In this document: in pieces, positions 12,684 to 25,284 of the stretch | How positions within the stretch are numbered: the stretch's first letter is position 1 | Layout of the letters: every line of letters begins with the position of its first letter | Program-made: the position numbers and the translations under genes | The notes under the pieces: generated by a model | What the model was told of the DNA's origin: nothing | Databases searched by the model: none | The model's input: only the letters and a program-made list of their open reading frames with translations | Assembly (NCBI GenBank): GCA_032718475.1 | Contig: JAUCBJ010009143.1 | Location: 1-64,000 of the forward strand | DNA from: Nemertoderma westbladi | Lineage: Eukaryota; Animalia; Xenacoelomorpha | Reading direction: 5' to 3' | Length of the DNA stretch: 64,000 nucleotides

Positions 12684-14798
12684 TGTTAAACAAACTACCC
12701 CGGCCTAACCAATAAAGACACAAAACTGCTCTATTTATTAGACAGGGCAATCAGGAGCGTATTATTGCTAATGTGAGGGGCTGCTAAATACAAAACCACT
12801 ACTTACCGTTAGATGGCGCTAACCTGCCGTCCGCTAATATGTTTTACTAATTTTCTACGGCTCCTGCTAATTTCTTGTTCCTTTCTCTACCAATTACTCG
12901 ATAGAGAGCTAACTGTTCGAATATATGAGCCACGCGGGAATAACCAAAACAACAAACCCGAATCGGCTCCCTAAGCTGACTTAAAACGAGTGTGAGAGGT
13001 TTTACACTCAGAGTATATTCTTACGCCTAATCTTACTGTTAAAGTACGCCAATGCCTACGTCTTTTCTAATCGCGAATACTGGGGGTTCCCTAACGGAAT
13101 GTGTGAATGCGAGAATATTTAAAATAATCGAAGTGGTACAGTGTTTATTAGGGCTAATACCTATAGTGGGACTAAACTTGTCTGCGGCTGGCTTTAGGCC
13201 AGCAAATTACTAATGCGTTTTGCGTACTGAATACTGCTATCTAGCTTATTGCCCGCTAATTCAAATAACCGCTCAGCGTGAATAGTTTACGGTACTCTAA
13301 TTATTACCTTAGCTACTCTCCGCTATGCTGCGTACTAATTCTTAATTTTACTAATTAATTACAGTCACAAATATGTAACAGCCTAAAATACTGTATTACT
13401 TTGACCTAATCAGTAATTATTTACAGTAAACTAAGAGATAGAAATCAATCAAAGGGAAAAGAGCGCCTATCTAAGCATTCGTAATCTTAGGCACACTTTA
13501 GTAACACACCAATCAGCGTCAGCAATCACAGCTCGCAATGCGCGATTCACAATTGTACAATCCGCAATGCACGCAATTCGCAATTACACAGCACAATATA
13601 ATAATTCGCAATACATGCAATTCGCAATTGTAAAGCACGCAGACCTCTCCCGGGTACATCTAGGCTTCCTAACTAACCCAATTCCTGCCCCCCTAATACT
13701 AAATAGAGACAAAACCTGGATCATCAGCCCCCTAATTACTGTACCAGCGAGCTGCCCCCACGCTACAATGCAAATTGCCCGACCGCAACGGTGACCCCCC
13801 GCCAGCGTTGCTCGCCTTTGAATCCTCCGCTCCCTTCGTCGCTAACCCCCCGATGTGCCCACCGCCCACTGGCGCCTTAGCCCTCCATTATGCTAATAGC
13901 TACCGTAGCGGCGCATGCAAATCACAAAGTCTGACAGTCTCAGAAATCCCTTAGGATTATTGCGCAGAAAGGAATCACATAGAACCATTAATCAAAAGGT
14001 AGAAATCATAGTTCCAGTTGTAATTTGCAGTAATCGAAGGAATTAATTGAGAAACACAATCAAGAGTAATCGCACTAGCAAAGCATTTTGAGATATTAAT
14101 CGAAAATAGCAAATTGCAGAAATACGCTAAAATATCCGTAAAAATGAATATAGACAGCTCAGCAAGTACAAGGGTGATAGCAGATCATGTGAGGTGTCAT
14201 GTGAGGCTCTACCGGCACACCGCCAATTTATAGGTGATCCGGATGGGGTGATGCAATAGGGTGACTCAATCGCTCTCCTATTGGCTCTCCAGTCCGTGCT
14301 AGCATTAGACCAACCTGGAAGCAGTTAGTCCAATAAGGAGGCCGGATTGTAGCCCTATTGCCTGCCCAAACCTCAAATTATTACCATATATGGTAATGGT
14401 TCACGTCCCTGGCTGCTGAGTGGCCAGGACAGCGTCCCTATATGCTAGCCCTATCGATGCTAATATCAGCAAGCACAAAATCCAGGGTCCGAATAAACTC
14501 GCTACCCTGGAACTATCTACATATATCCTAATACAAAATTACGTAGGTAGGGCTACATACTATACAAAATGGATGGATTCAAATATATGGGCGTTTTCGA
14601 TTTCCCTATCTAAATACCACTGCGTTATTATGCCTTATCTAAAATATTATGCTGCACAACGGACTAATATTACGTACAGTATAACGGACTAATATTGCAT
14701 ACTGCATAACGGACTAATATTGCGTACAGTATAACGGACTAATATATTATACTGCATAATGACTAATATATGTGGATACAGCGCCATATACCGTAACA
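12684..14798 (-). repeat. 5' LTR of element A (~2.1 kb)
   Basis: TGT...ACA termini; right part equals 1-963; left boundary inferred from alignment to the homologous LTR starting TGTT at 53971. Confidence 0.82.
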
Positions 14799-15055
14799 CT
14801 GACAGATAGGACTGTAATGTAAGTCTATTACAAACCAAGTACATCCCTGTGTACTGGAGCACTGCAGTACCAAACTGCAGAAAGGATACACTAAACCGGT
14901 CAGTAACGCCTGACTCCCGAGCCCCAGTAATGCAGTGTAGTTCGGTGTTACTGACCGGTTTAGTGTATCCTTTCTGCAGTTTGGTACTGCAGTGCTCCAG
15001 TACACAGGGATGTACTTGGTTTGTAATAGACTTACATTACAGTCCTATCTGTCAG
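14799..15055. repeat. Perfect 109-bp inverted repeat with 39-nt loop (foldback/MITE-like), target of insertion A
   Basis: 14799-14907 is the reverse complement of 14947-15055. Confidence 0.92.
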
Positions 15056-15505
15056 TCTGTAGGTGGGTGGAGTTGCTCGGTTTCATATAATTTAAATTAG
15101 TTGTTTAGTGCAGTTAGCTAGGTAGTACATTAGTTATATTTGAGAAAGTTTAGTAGTTTTTTTTTTTTAGTTCAGTAGTCTATAGTTTAGTAGTGCTTTA
15201 GTTTATTTGATAAAGATTATGTAATATAATCGAAAATTTATAAACTTTTTAGCGTTTTACCATTTGGGAGTTAGTTCCGGCAGCGGCAGAACAATTAAGT
15301 AAATATATATATATATATATATATATGTATACATACACACACACACCCCCACACACACACACACACACACATTGACTGAATATATATATGCTTTATTTTA
15401 ATATACATAATGATATATAGGTGACCCCGCGCCCGAGCAGAAACATTAACCATCCACGTGGCTATTACGTGGCCTATATGTAATAAATATATACGTGACC
15501 CCGCG

Positions 15506-17452
15506 CCGTGGCTGTTAGATGACCTGTAGTCACCTTCCTTCCAAAGTATCCAATATATAGGTGACCCCGCGCCCGGGTGGAAACATTGACCAGTGCCGTG
15601 GCTGTTAGATGACCTGTAGTCACCTTCCTTCCAAAGTATCCGGAAACATTGACCAGTGCCGTGGCTGTTAGATGACCTGTAGTCACCTTCCTTACAAAGT
15701 ATCCGGAAACATTGACCAGTGCCGTGGCTGTTAGATGACCTGTAGTCACCTTCCTTCCAAAGTATCCGGAAACATTGACCAGTGCCGTGGCTGTTAGATG
15801 ACCTGTAGTCACCTTCCTTCCAAAGTATCCGGAAACATTGACCAGTGCCGTGGCTGTTAGATGACCTGTAGTCACCTTCCTTCCAAAGTATCCGGAAACA
15901 TTGACCAGTGCCGTGGCTGTTAGATGACCTGTAGTCACCTTCCTTCCAAAGTATCCGGAAACATTGACCAGTGCCGTGGCTGTTAGATGACCTGTAGTCA
16001 CCTTCCTTCCAAAGTATCCGGAAACATTGACCAGTGCCGTGGCTGTTAGATGACCTGTAGTCACCTTCCTTCCAAAGTATCCGGAAACATTGACCAGTGC
16101 CGTGGCTGTTAGATGACCTGTAGTCACCATCCTTCCAAAGTATCCGGAAACATTGACCAGTGCCGTGGCTGTTAGATGACCTGTAGTCACCTTCCTTCCA
16201 AAGTATCCGGAAACATTGACCAGTGCCGTGGCTGTTAGATGACCTGTAGTCACCTTCCTTCCAAAGTATCCGGAAACATTGACCAGTGCCGTGGCTGTTA
16301 GATGACCTGTAGTCACCTTCCTTCCAAAGTATCCGGAAACATTGACCAGTGCCGTGGCTGTTAGATGACCTGTAGTCACCTTCCTTCCAAAGTATCCGGA
16401 AACATTGACCAGTGCCGTGGCTGTTAGATGACCTGTAGTCACCTTCCTTCCAAAGTATCCACTACGGACCCCGCGCCCGGGTGGAAACATTGACCAGTGC
16501 CGTGGCTGTTAGATGACCTGTAGTCACCTTCCTTCCAAAGTATCCGGAAACATTGACCAGTGCCGTGGCTGTTAGATGACCTGTAGTCACCTTCCTTCCA
16601 AAGTATCCGGAAACATTGACCAGTGCCGTGGCTGTTAGATGACCTGTAGTCACCTTCCTTCCAAAGTATCCGGAAACATTGACCAGTACCGTGGCTGTTA
16701 GATGACCTGTAGTCACCTTCCTTCCAAAGTATCCGGAAACATTGACCAGTGCCGTGGCTGTTAGATGACCTGTAGTCACCTTCCTTCCAAAGTATCCGGA
16801 AACATTGACCAGTGCCGTGGCTGTTAGATGACCTGTAGTCACCTTCCTTCCAAAGTATCCGGAAACATTGACCAGTGCCGTGGCTGTTAGATGACCTGTA
16901 GTCACCTTCCTTCCAAAGTATCCACGAGTGAACGGCCCGCGCCCGGGTGGAAACATTGACCAGTGCCGTGGCTGTTAGATGACCTGTAGTCACCTTCCTT
17001 CCAAAGTATCCGGAAACATTGACCAGTGCCGTGGCTGTTAGATGACCTGTAGTCACCTTCCTTCCAAAGTATCCGGAAACATTGACCAGTGCCGTGGCTG
17101 TTAGATGACCTGTAGTCACCTTCCTTCCAAAGTATCCGGAAACATTGACCAGTGCCGTGGCTGTTAGATGACCTGGAGTCACCTTCCTTCCAAAGTATCC
17201 GGAAACATTGACCAGTGCCGTGGCTGTTAGATGACCTGTAGTCACCTTCCTTCCAAAGTATCCGGAAACATTGACCAGTGCCGTGGCTGTTAGATGACCT
17301 GTAGTCACCTTCCTTCCAAAGTATCCGGAAACATTGACCAGTGCCGTGGCTGTTAGATGACCTGTAGTCACCTTCCTTCCAAAGTATCCGGAAACATTGA
17401 CCAGTGCCGTGGCTGTTAGATGACCTGTAGTCACCTTCCTTCCAAAGTATCC
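15506..17452. repeat. 63-bp tandem satellite, about 30 near-identical copies
   Basis: Unit ccggaaacattgaccagtgccgtggctgttagatgacctgtagtcaccttccttccaaagtat, in blocks of about 14, 7 and 8 copies separated by cccgcgcccgggtgg linkers. Confidence 0.97.
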
Positions 17453-18241
17453 ACGAGTGAACGGATATATGTAAAGTATTCACTATTTAATAATTTATTC
17501 CCATATAGTTATTTTCAATCTCAGCTATATGTGCATATATACACCGTTATATCCACACACACAGTCACATCAACCTAACACACAATAATATATATATGTT
17601 AAATATATATGCACCCGTGCTCAGATGTAAACATAACCAATGACATGATTGGTAGGTTACTCTAAGGCACCTTCATGAGTCTTTATACAATAATATACGT
17701 GACCCCGCGCCCGGATGGAAACATTTACAAGTGACATGGTACTTAGGTAACGTGAAGACACACACAAATATATATATATATATACATACAGTTATATATA
17801 TTTAACTCATTCATATATTAAGTATATATTACAAACGCGCGCTTACACATCCAATTCGACATTCAATTATATACATAATAAATATATACGTGTCCCCGCG
17901 CCCGGGTGGAATCATTATAGCATTAACCAATGATATGGTGGTTAGGTAACTTAAAGACACGTATATACGTACATGCACTGTTTATATATTCCTACATAGC
18001 TAGACTCACTCAGATAATAAATATAGCTATGTATGAATATTACGAAACACGCACGTACACCTCTATTACAACATACGATTTATATACAGTAAAATTAATA
18101 ATACTAATATAATAAAAAATAATATTATTTTAATATTTCTATATTATTCTTTTTTAATAATATTTAATAATAATAAATATATACGTGACCCCGCGCCCGG
18201 GTGAAAACATTACCCAAATTCTAAATGTTAGAAATACACTC

Positions 18242-18900
18242 AACTAGGGGCAATTAAATATACACGCATACACATATATATACACCAATATAACACGTTC
18301 GTGGGGACTTCGCGCAGCACGTAGTCGGCAAGCCTTGGCATACGGTTCATATAAAGCAAATGGGGCATGTCTAGTTTGGACCCAATATCCCATGCTATAA
18401 ATGTATTCATTCGATATACAATCATATGTTAATCCGCTAGGTGGTGTCAAATTGTTATTCTGCAATTTCGTACTTACCAGTGCAGCACTGTACAGCAGTA
18501 CCGTACCGGTAGGCCTATGTCATACTTCTGAGTCTCTAGCGGATCCCCAATTAAATGTCTTAACTTTTCAATTTCGTAAAAGATAGACTTCATGATTCTC
18601 TACAGGCCACCAAAATTTCAGCTCAGGAAAATGAGGCCTTCCCGAGAAATTTAACATTTTCTAAAAACTACATAATCTGTCGTAGCTGACGTCAGACTGC
18701 ATGATTTTTCACCAAACTTTACAAACTTTCTAAACTTTCTCTCTACTACTTACCTACTAAGTTTGGTTCAATTCCGAACCAGCGATGCAGAGAAATTCGC
18801 GTTCAAACATTTACCAGACAGACGGACGGACAGACAGACAGACGGACATGCCCCATTTGCCCTATATGAACCGTATGCCAAGGCTCGCCGACTACGTGTC
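18242..18900. mobile_element. Putative non-autonomous DINE-1/Helentron-like element
   Basis: Starts AACTAG; ~54-bp imperfect inverted repeats (18318-18371 / 18845-18898); internal (GACA/GACG)n microsatellite at ~18817-18847; no ORF. Confidence 0.5.
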
Positions 18901-19099
18901 TCGCCCCACATTCATACATACACAAATGATATGATATATAAATGAATTACAAACGACACACATATACACATACACACATATATATATACAATATATATAC
19001 ACACACATACATATATACCTACACACACATATATATATAAATAATATTTTTTGCGTCATGCATACAATTTTAGTTAGGCGTACAGATATACCGTAGTTG

Positions 19100-20995
19100 C
19101 TATTATTCATATTTTAGTAATTCATGCTTCAGAAGTTTAAGAAACCCAGGTTTACTCTTGATTTCCCTATAAGAGATTGCTAGACTGTTCCAAAGTCGAG
19201 GTCCTTGAAAAGACAGTGATCGCTCAGCAACCTTCAGACGGACTTTAGGAGGATGAAATAGACCAGAGGCTGCAAAGCGTGTGTTGTGGGAGTGGATCTC
19301 AGATGCCTTACGGAATAGCGGTGTCAGAGGAGTGGAAATATTATTATATACGTCAAACATTACTTTACAAACCTCATATTTATATAACTGTTCTAAGGGG
19401 AGGATATTTAGTTGTTGGTAAAGCGGGAGCGATGATGATTGCCAGTGACTGAAGGTAATTGTCGTAGAACTTTATTTACTTTGACTCGTATGGGTTTCAA
19501 CATCGTGGATGAAGTGCTACCCCAGATAACGATAGCATATTGTATATATGGATGAATAAGTGCAAAGAACAACATACGTAAGATATGAAGTGGAAAGATT
19601 TTTCGAAGCCTATAAAATATTCCTGCAGATTTGGAAATCTTTTTCAATATGTAAGCTATGTGCTCTTTAAAGTTAAGTTTACTATCAATTAAAACTCCAA
19701 GGTATTTTGTGTAGCTAACTTTGGAAATTTCTGCACCTTTAATTTTTACTTTGGGCAGAGAATCCTGGGAGAGTGTTGAGTTAGAGAATAATGTATATTC
19801 TGTTTTCTTGAGATTGAGTGAAAGTTTATTATCAATTAACCAATCTACAATGTCATTTATATCGTGGTTTACGGAAGAAATTAATTCTGGTAAGTTATTT
19901 AAATGTTTAATTAGACTTGTATCATCAGCAAAAAGGGTTGTCAAGAAGGATGTGGCGTTTGAGAGGTCGTTTACATAAATCAGGAACAAGATCGGTCCAA
20001 GGATCGATCCCTGTGGTATTCCACAAAGTATTGGTTGTAGTGATGAGTTGAATCCACCCAGTGTTACAAATTGTGCACGATTAGATAAGTAGTCAGAAAA
20101 TAATTGCAGAGGAATCCCCCTGACTCCATAGCTTTTCAGTTTATTGATTAGGATGGCGTGATCCAGCGTGTCAAACGCTTTTTTAAGATCAATGAAAATA
20201 GTACAAGCTGACAATTTATTATCGAGAAAATCACGCAGCTTTTCTACGATATCGAGAATTGCATACGACGTAGTGTATTTTTTCCTAAAGCCGTACTGGT
20301 TACTATTTAGTATGAGGTACTTATCTAAAGATGAAGCTAGCTGGACATATATTATACGCTCGTATAATTTACTCATAACTGGTAATAGTGAGATTGGACG
20401 GTAATTAGTTGTAAAACGCGGATCACCAGATTTATAGGCAGGTATTACTTGTGCTTGCTTGAGCGAATTTGGAAAAAAACCATTTACAATGCTTATATTT
20501 ATTAATTCCGAGATATGTTCACTCAAAATACGAGCAGCCAGCTTTATAAGTTTGATTGGGCATTTATCATTTGTAGCTGAGGCTTCTTTTATGTCTAAGA
20601 TAAAATATTGCACCTCAACCGGTGTCGTTTTTATAAGTGCAAAGGAGTTCGATTTTTTATGCCTAATATGTCGCAGAGGACAACGGGGAGATATGGGAAT
20701 TTCATTGGAGAGAGAAGGACCTATAGAAGTGAAAAATTTATTAAATATTTCGGCAATATCACCTGGTTCAGTGATCAATGACTCAATGTTACCATCAGAC
20801 ACGGATATTTTACGTGGAATGGATTTTTTCGGTGTTCGACCAAGAGCAGTATTAATAGTACGCCAAGTTTTCCGCATATTTGATTTATTTTTATCAAATT
20901 GTGATGTATAATAATCCCGTTCCGCGCTCCTTAATATTGTTGTAAGTTTATTTCTATATGTTTTATATATTAAATGGTTTTTCGGGGTTTGTTTA
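19100..20995 (-). mobile_element. CR1/L2-like LINE ORF2, 3' half (reverse transcriptase), frameshift near 19460
   Basis: NYRPISLLP, QYGFR, FIDLKKAFDT, GIPQGSILGP, FADD and YLGV motifs, plus the C-terminal HSHNTR...GPRLWNSL in ORF 19103-19360. Confidence 0.93.
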
Positions 20996-22198
20996 TGTTC
21001 GCGCTTTCAGACCTTTGGCAGTTTAACCCGCCAAATTAAGATGTCTTCTAGATATTAAATCGCTTTTTAGCCTATGACAAGTATTTGATTCACTACACTA
21101 GTCGAAACCAATCTGTGCGCGACCATTCACCCGCTGGATATTCCCGGGAGATTGGGTTCGACGGTTTAATTTTATTGCTATGTAAGCCTAATGTATTATT
21201 CGACTGACAGTATTATATAATCTCTGACAATATTATTCACCTTCGGGAATATTAACAGTTCCTTTAGGACGTGGCGCTTTATTTATATAAACAGAGTTAT
21301 GACTTAAACTACTCACAACGATATGGCTTAATTATAATTCACATATATGGCGCATTCTTTAGGAAATGCTTCTTTAACAGACTCACTCATACACAATGCT
21401 GCACAATACTGCACACTAATCTGCCAATCTTCACTGATTTTAGTCACATATAAAAGGAACACAGACTGACTCATGTAGGGTCTATCAAATAACATTAGAT
21501 TCACTTCAAACCACTTTAACATAAGTCACAATCGTTATTGGTAACCTTTCTCTCTTACCTTCGGTATATCAAGAATATTGGGTGTCGGGGTTATTTCTCG
21601 TTATTCCAATATAATAATTCATCAACAAATATAATGAATAACCGACAATAAATAGCAGTATACGGTATTGATTGAGCAGGTAATTTTAGCAGCAGTTATT
21701 CAAGTGATTAAAAGCCAGTTTGTTTGAGTTAAGACAATCAGTCAGTTAAAGGATATATGTCCTTATAATTAAACCTACTAGTGTTGAGCTAAAAAGCAGA
21801 AAGCACAAAACACTAAAAAGCCGTTCTTTCGTGGCTTTGAAAAACTCGTGACTACTGCTCTATACGAGGATACCAACTCCCTTATTCCACGAAGCTCCCG
21901 TTCAACACAGAGAAAGAGCAGTGAGATAGGAAAATTTCAGTTCAGTAGCTCTGTGATAGGTCAAAATCAAGGCTAACTCAAATTCTATTGGGAGATACAA
22001 AAACAAGGCTATGACGCAACCTCCCTAGGCTTGTTGGCCGATTAAACAGAGCCCAGATGCCTGCGTACAGCAAATCAGCCAATAAGCTGGTAACTTGCAC
22101 TATTTTTAGCTATAGATCCCTTTTGAGAGTATTCTAGCGACTGGGGGGGAACTGGCCAACAAGGCAAACGAATCAGTTATCCCACAAAAGCTTTTACA
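20996..22198 (-). repeat. 3' LTR of element C
   Basis: Direct repeat of 51660-52862; about 3 substitutions seen by eye. Confidence 0.97.
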
Positions 22199-22276
22199 CT
22201 GCTCCCAGAAAATGGGATTTAAGTCTATAAAATATACAAAATCACAGTTTCTAAAATATAAAAATACTCTAAACAG

Positions 22277-24052
22277 TTAGTCTTTCTTGCGCGGACGGCG
22301 TTTACGCAGTTTCTTAAGGCTAGCAAGAGTCCTTTTCTCTTTGGGGCGAGCCACTTTACGAGGAGGGCTGTAGCTCCTAGGCGAAGGGTGCAATATAATT
22401 GCATCAGAAGGTGCAGGGTTACGATCGGTATACCCGCCGGTCGAAGTACCTGGTTGATTAATATCAACCTCAGTGGAGTGAGATCTAACGGCCTTTAGAG
22501 CGCGTCTCAGGACAGCAGCTCCAACGGGTCCTTGACGGGTCGTCTGGACACTAGCGGTGGGTGGACCGTGAGTAGTGAGGAACTTTCTCGGTTTAATGGT
22601 TCTCTCCAGCTCGCGTTCTCGGGTTCGATATTCATATGGTCGCCGAGATATTTCCTGTAGTTCAGGATGCGAGTTCACAAAGATGTCGCCATACTCCGGG
22701 TCCTGACGGATAAAATTGATCAGGTGATATGTGGTTATATCATTAGGGTTAACGTTTCTAAGGTATTTCCTGACAAACTTGGTGGAAATACACTCACCAA
22801 CACGCTTTATTAACTCGTAACTTGGTACGCGTGTTTTCTGTTCAATCGACGCGAATAGGTAAGGATGGAACGCGTAAACTCCCTCGTAAGCTCGTCCAGG
22901 GTAATAGCGATGTCGGGATTCGCAATGTAAATCGGCGTTCGCTTCCCAAGCTCGGATGTATCGCAGGGTGATCATCTCGTCTACGCTCTCTAAATCGCGA
23001 TTAAAGGGACAATTGTAACTTTCGTGTCCTTTAAGCTGGCAGTAGTGACATTGAGTCATAAATTGTGGGCAGACGGCAAATATATGAGAGTTATTAAGCC
23101 GGCAATAAGCACAATATATTTCCATCATCGGTTGTTCGAGGAAATAGGAACAAGGTACGCTCGAGTCTAGAGGAGTGAAGTGGTCTCTCGATGCGCATAA
23201 TCGACAACGTTTTCGGGAAACGTAGTTGGCGTGTCGATAATCGTACGCTGTGAGACGCTGTGGACCTTGATACCACTCTATGACATAATCATTGTCACTG
23301 TTCCGAGAAGTTGTAGGCTGAATCGCTTCTGATTCCAAGCACACTGGTTCATCCTCCAGTTGTATAGACGAAGTGGGTGCGTCTGTCTCAGTAAGTGGAT
23401 CCACTGTCTGTATTTCCACGACAGAATAACCTGTAGGTATTAGGGGTCTTTGTATAACAGATGAATGTGAGTTCTGTATACAAACGTCTTGAAACACGGC
23501 AAATCCAGCGCTACTCAGTTTCTCCGCAGCTGAGTCTCTAAGACTGAGCTTGGTCAGCGCGCGGTCCTTGAACTGACTATCGACGTTGCGGAACGGAGTC
23601 AGAAAGCGCCGGAAACATTCGAAACGTATGAACTTATTGTGTTCGTCTAACTTGGCGAGTTTAGTTCCAAGTATTAACGGATGAGCGCGTATGGTACGAC
23701 TGCACACATCGGCTAGCCAACCGGCAAGTGCTGCGTTTTCAAAGATCGTGTATATAGCTAAGGAAGGGCGAAGGGGAACACTCATAAAGCTATATACGGC
23801 ACCAGGCGCAGTTAATGGTCCATCAAAATATAAACGAGAGTAATGATCTCCATATACTTGCTGGTAATTTATAGGATTTCCAACTTTGAAATTCCAACCA
23901 TATTCTTGAAAGGCAAGATGTCCGATGGATGTCCGTTGTACTTTAGTAATGCCGCTGGGTGTATTGGCATACATAGTGCGAAAGAAACCTCGGCCTTCGG
24001 CCCAAGGAGCAATCAGCTGAGTATCAACGAAAGGGTATGGAATGTTCTCCAT
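22277..24052 (-). CDS. Accessory ORF2 of C, C-terminal part: end of exonuclease-like domain plus 3 zinc knuckles and a basic tail
   Basis: PFVDTQ..WA and GHLAFQEYGWNFK...YQQVYG align with B ORF2; CRLC..H, CAYC..H..C and CHYCQLKGHESYNC knuckles; WEANADLH motif. Confidence 0.8.
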   Translation of the reverse strand: MENIPYPFVDTQLIAPWAEGRGFFRTMYANTPSGITKVQRTSIGHLAFQEYGWNFKVGNPINYQQVYGDHYSRLYFDGPLTAPGAVYSFMSVPLRPSLAIYTIFENAALAGWLADVCSRTIRAHPLILGTKLAKLDEHNKFIRFECFRRFLTPFRNVDSQFKDRALTKLSLRDSAAEKLSSAGFAVFQDVCIQNSHSSVIQRPLIPTGYSVVEIQTVDPLTETDAPTSSIQLEDEPVCLESEAIQPTTSRNSDNDYVIEWYQGPQRLTAYDYRHANYVSRKRCRLCASRDHFTPLDSSVPCSYFLEQPMMEIYCAYCRLNNSHIFAVCPQFMTQCHYCQLKGHESYNCPFNRDLESVDEMITLRYIRAWEANADLHCESRHRYYPGRAYEGVYAFHPYLFASIEQKTRVPSYELIKRVGECISTKFVRKYLRNVNPNDITTYHLINFIRQDPEYGDIFVNSHPELQEISRRPYEYRTRERELERTIKPRKFLTTHGPPTASVQTTRQGPVGAAVLRRALKAVRSHSTEVDINQPGTSTGGYTDRNPAPSDAIILHPSPRSYSPPRKVARPKEKRTLASLKKLRKRRPRKKD

Positions 24053-25284
24053 GTTCCCATTGTATGCCTAATATGTTCTCCGACAGCGATGGTAGAGCAG
24101 AGGAAAAACTATTTCGCATTCTGAAATATTCAGAAATAAGATCTCAGTAGGAGGATTGTAACATTCGAGTACTATCCCCAACCGAATTTATCCCCAGTGT
24201 GATGAGGTAAACATCAGCTCAAAGATATGTTTGCCTCAGTTGTTCTACATAAGATTTATATCCCCAATCATTAAGGGAGGTGAACAACCAGATTTATGAC
24301 ACATAATGGTACCAGTTATTCACAAACTATCCGCTTGTCCTTTCAGTCCTTGTTTCACGGTTGTGGACTTGAGGAAATTAGGAAGTGGTTGATTATCTAA
24401 TCAAGAACGAGAGGGTGGAAGTTGATATCATAAATATCAACAGAATATGACATGGACAAGAGGTGCGGACACCAATATTAGCATCCAGATGAACAGTAAG
24501 GGCTGGGAGGTTTAGTATTCGTTTCCCGAAGCTCCGAGCGCGTTGGGAAGAGAAGGTGAGGAGATTTATTAGGATGAGGTATGATCCATACCACGATACC
24601 ACTATGATTGGTCGATCGATGAAGGGAGTAAAGAGGAGGAAGGATATAGGGTAGTATCCATAAGACACCACAATGGACAAGTTTTCCATCACGTCATCAT
24701 TCATTCTTGTCTTTTAATTGTGACACTGATCACAATAATTACAGGAAAACGATGAAGGAAGAGAAAGTTACAGCCTCCCGAAGGAGACCGCCCGCGAGCA
24801 CCCGTGCCCCGGGGAAAACTATTCACATTATGGACCCTGGACATTAACCCATGTCTCTTCTCCAGTGGTTCTCCTTTATTTGTCCGCATCAACCTTCTTC
24901 CACGTTCTATCCTTCGAGTTAATTTCGAATAGGGTTCTCGTGTTCTATTCTCGATTTATCGTTTCGACTCCGCTGGGCATGATATTTAAATAAAACCATT
25001 TCCCTTTCGGTGTCTACATCGTCCGTATCGTGTAAATCAATAGGATGACCAGTGGTCAAGAAGTCCATATACGTACCATTACGATGAGTGTAGCGAGCAG
25101 TGAACTTTCTATAATCCAATTCACGCGTAAGTTGCTCCTGGGACATTGGCGGTTCGATATAACGACCATCGTCCTCCGTAGTAGTTGGATCAGCGTCGCC
25201 GCGTATCAAGCTATCGACAAACGCTTGTAAAGGTAGAGTATATCTCTCCCTGATACCAAGATCATCTTCTATTAATTCAGTCAT
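24053..25284 (-). pseudogene. Probable disrupted N-terminal part of C ORF2
   Basis: ATG-initiated ORF 24919-25284 followed by broken frames; position matches the B ORF2 N-terminus and there is weak similarity (VRTSCPCH vs ILTRCPAH). Confidence 0.45.

Larger units (their letters stand above)
1..14798 (-). mobile_element. Bel/Pao LTR retrotransposon A (left end runs off the window)
   Basis: 1-963 matches 13837-14798 as a direct repeat; between the LTRs lies a gag-pol with Bel/Pao domain order (Gag-PR-RT-RH-IN) and a deleted second ORF. Confidence 0.95.

Noticed and set aside
15474-17483. Long repetitive ORFs and a CRISPR-like appearance of the 63-bp array
   Set aside because: The units are identical with no unique spacers or cas genes, the context is eukaryotic, and the ORFs are a by-product of a stop-free 63-bp unit.
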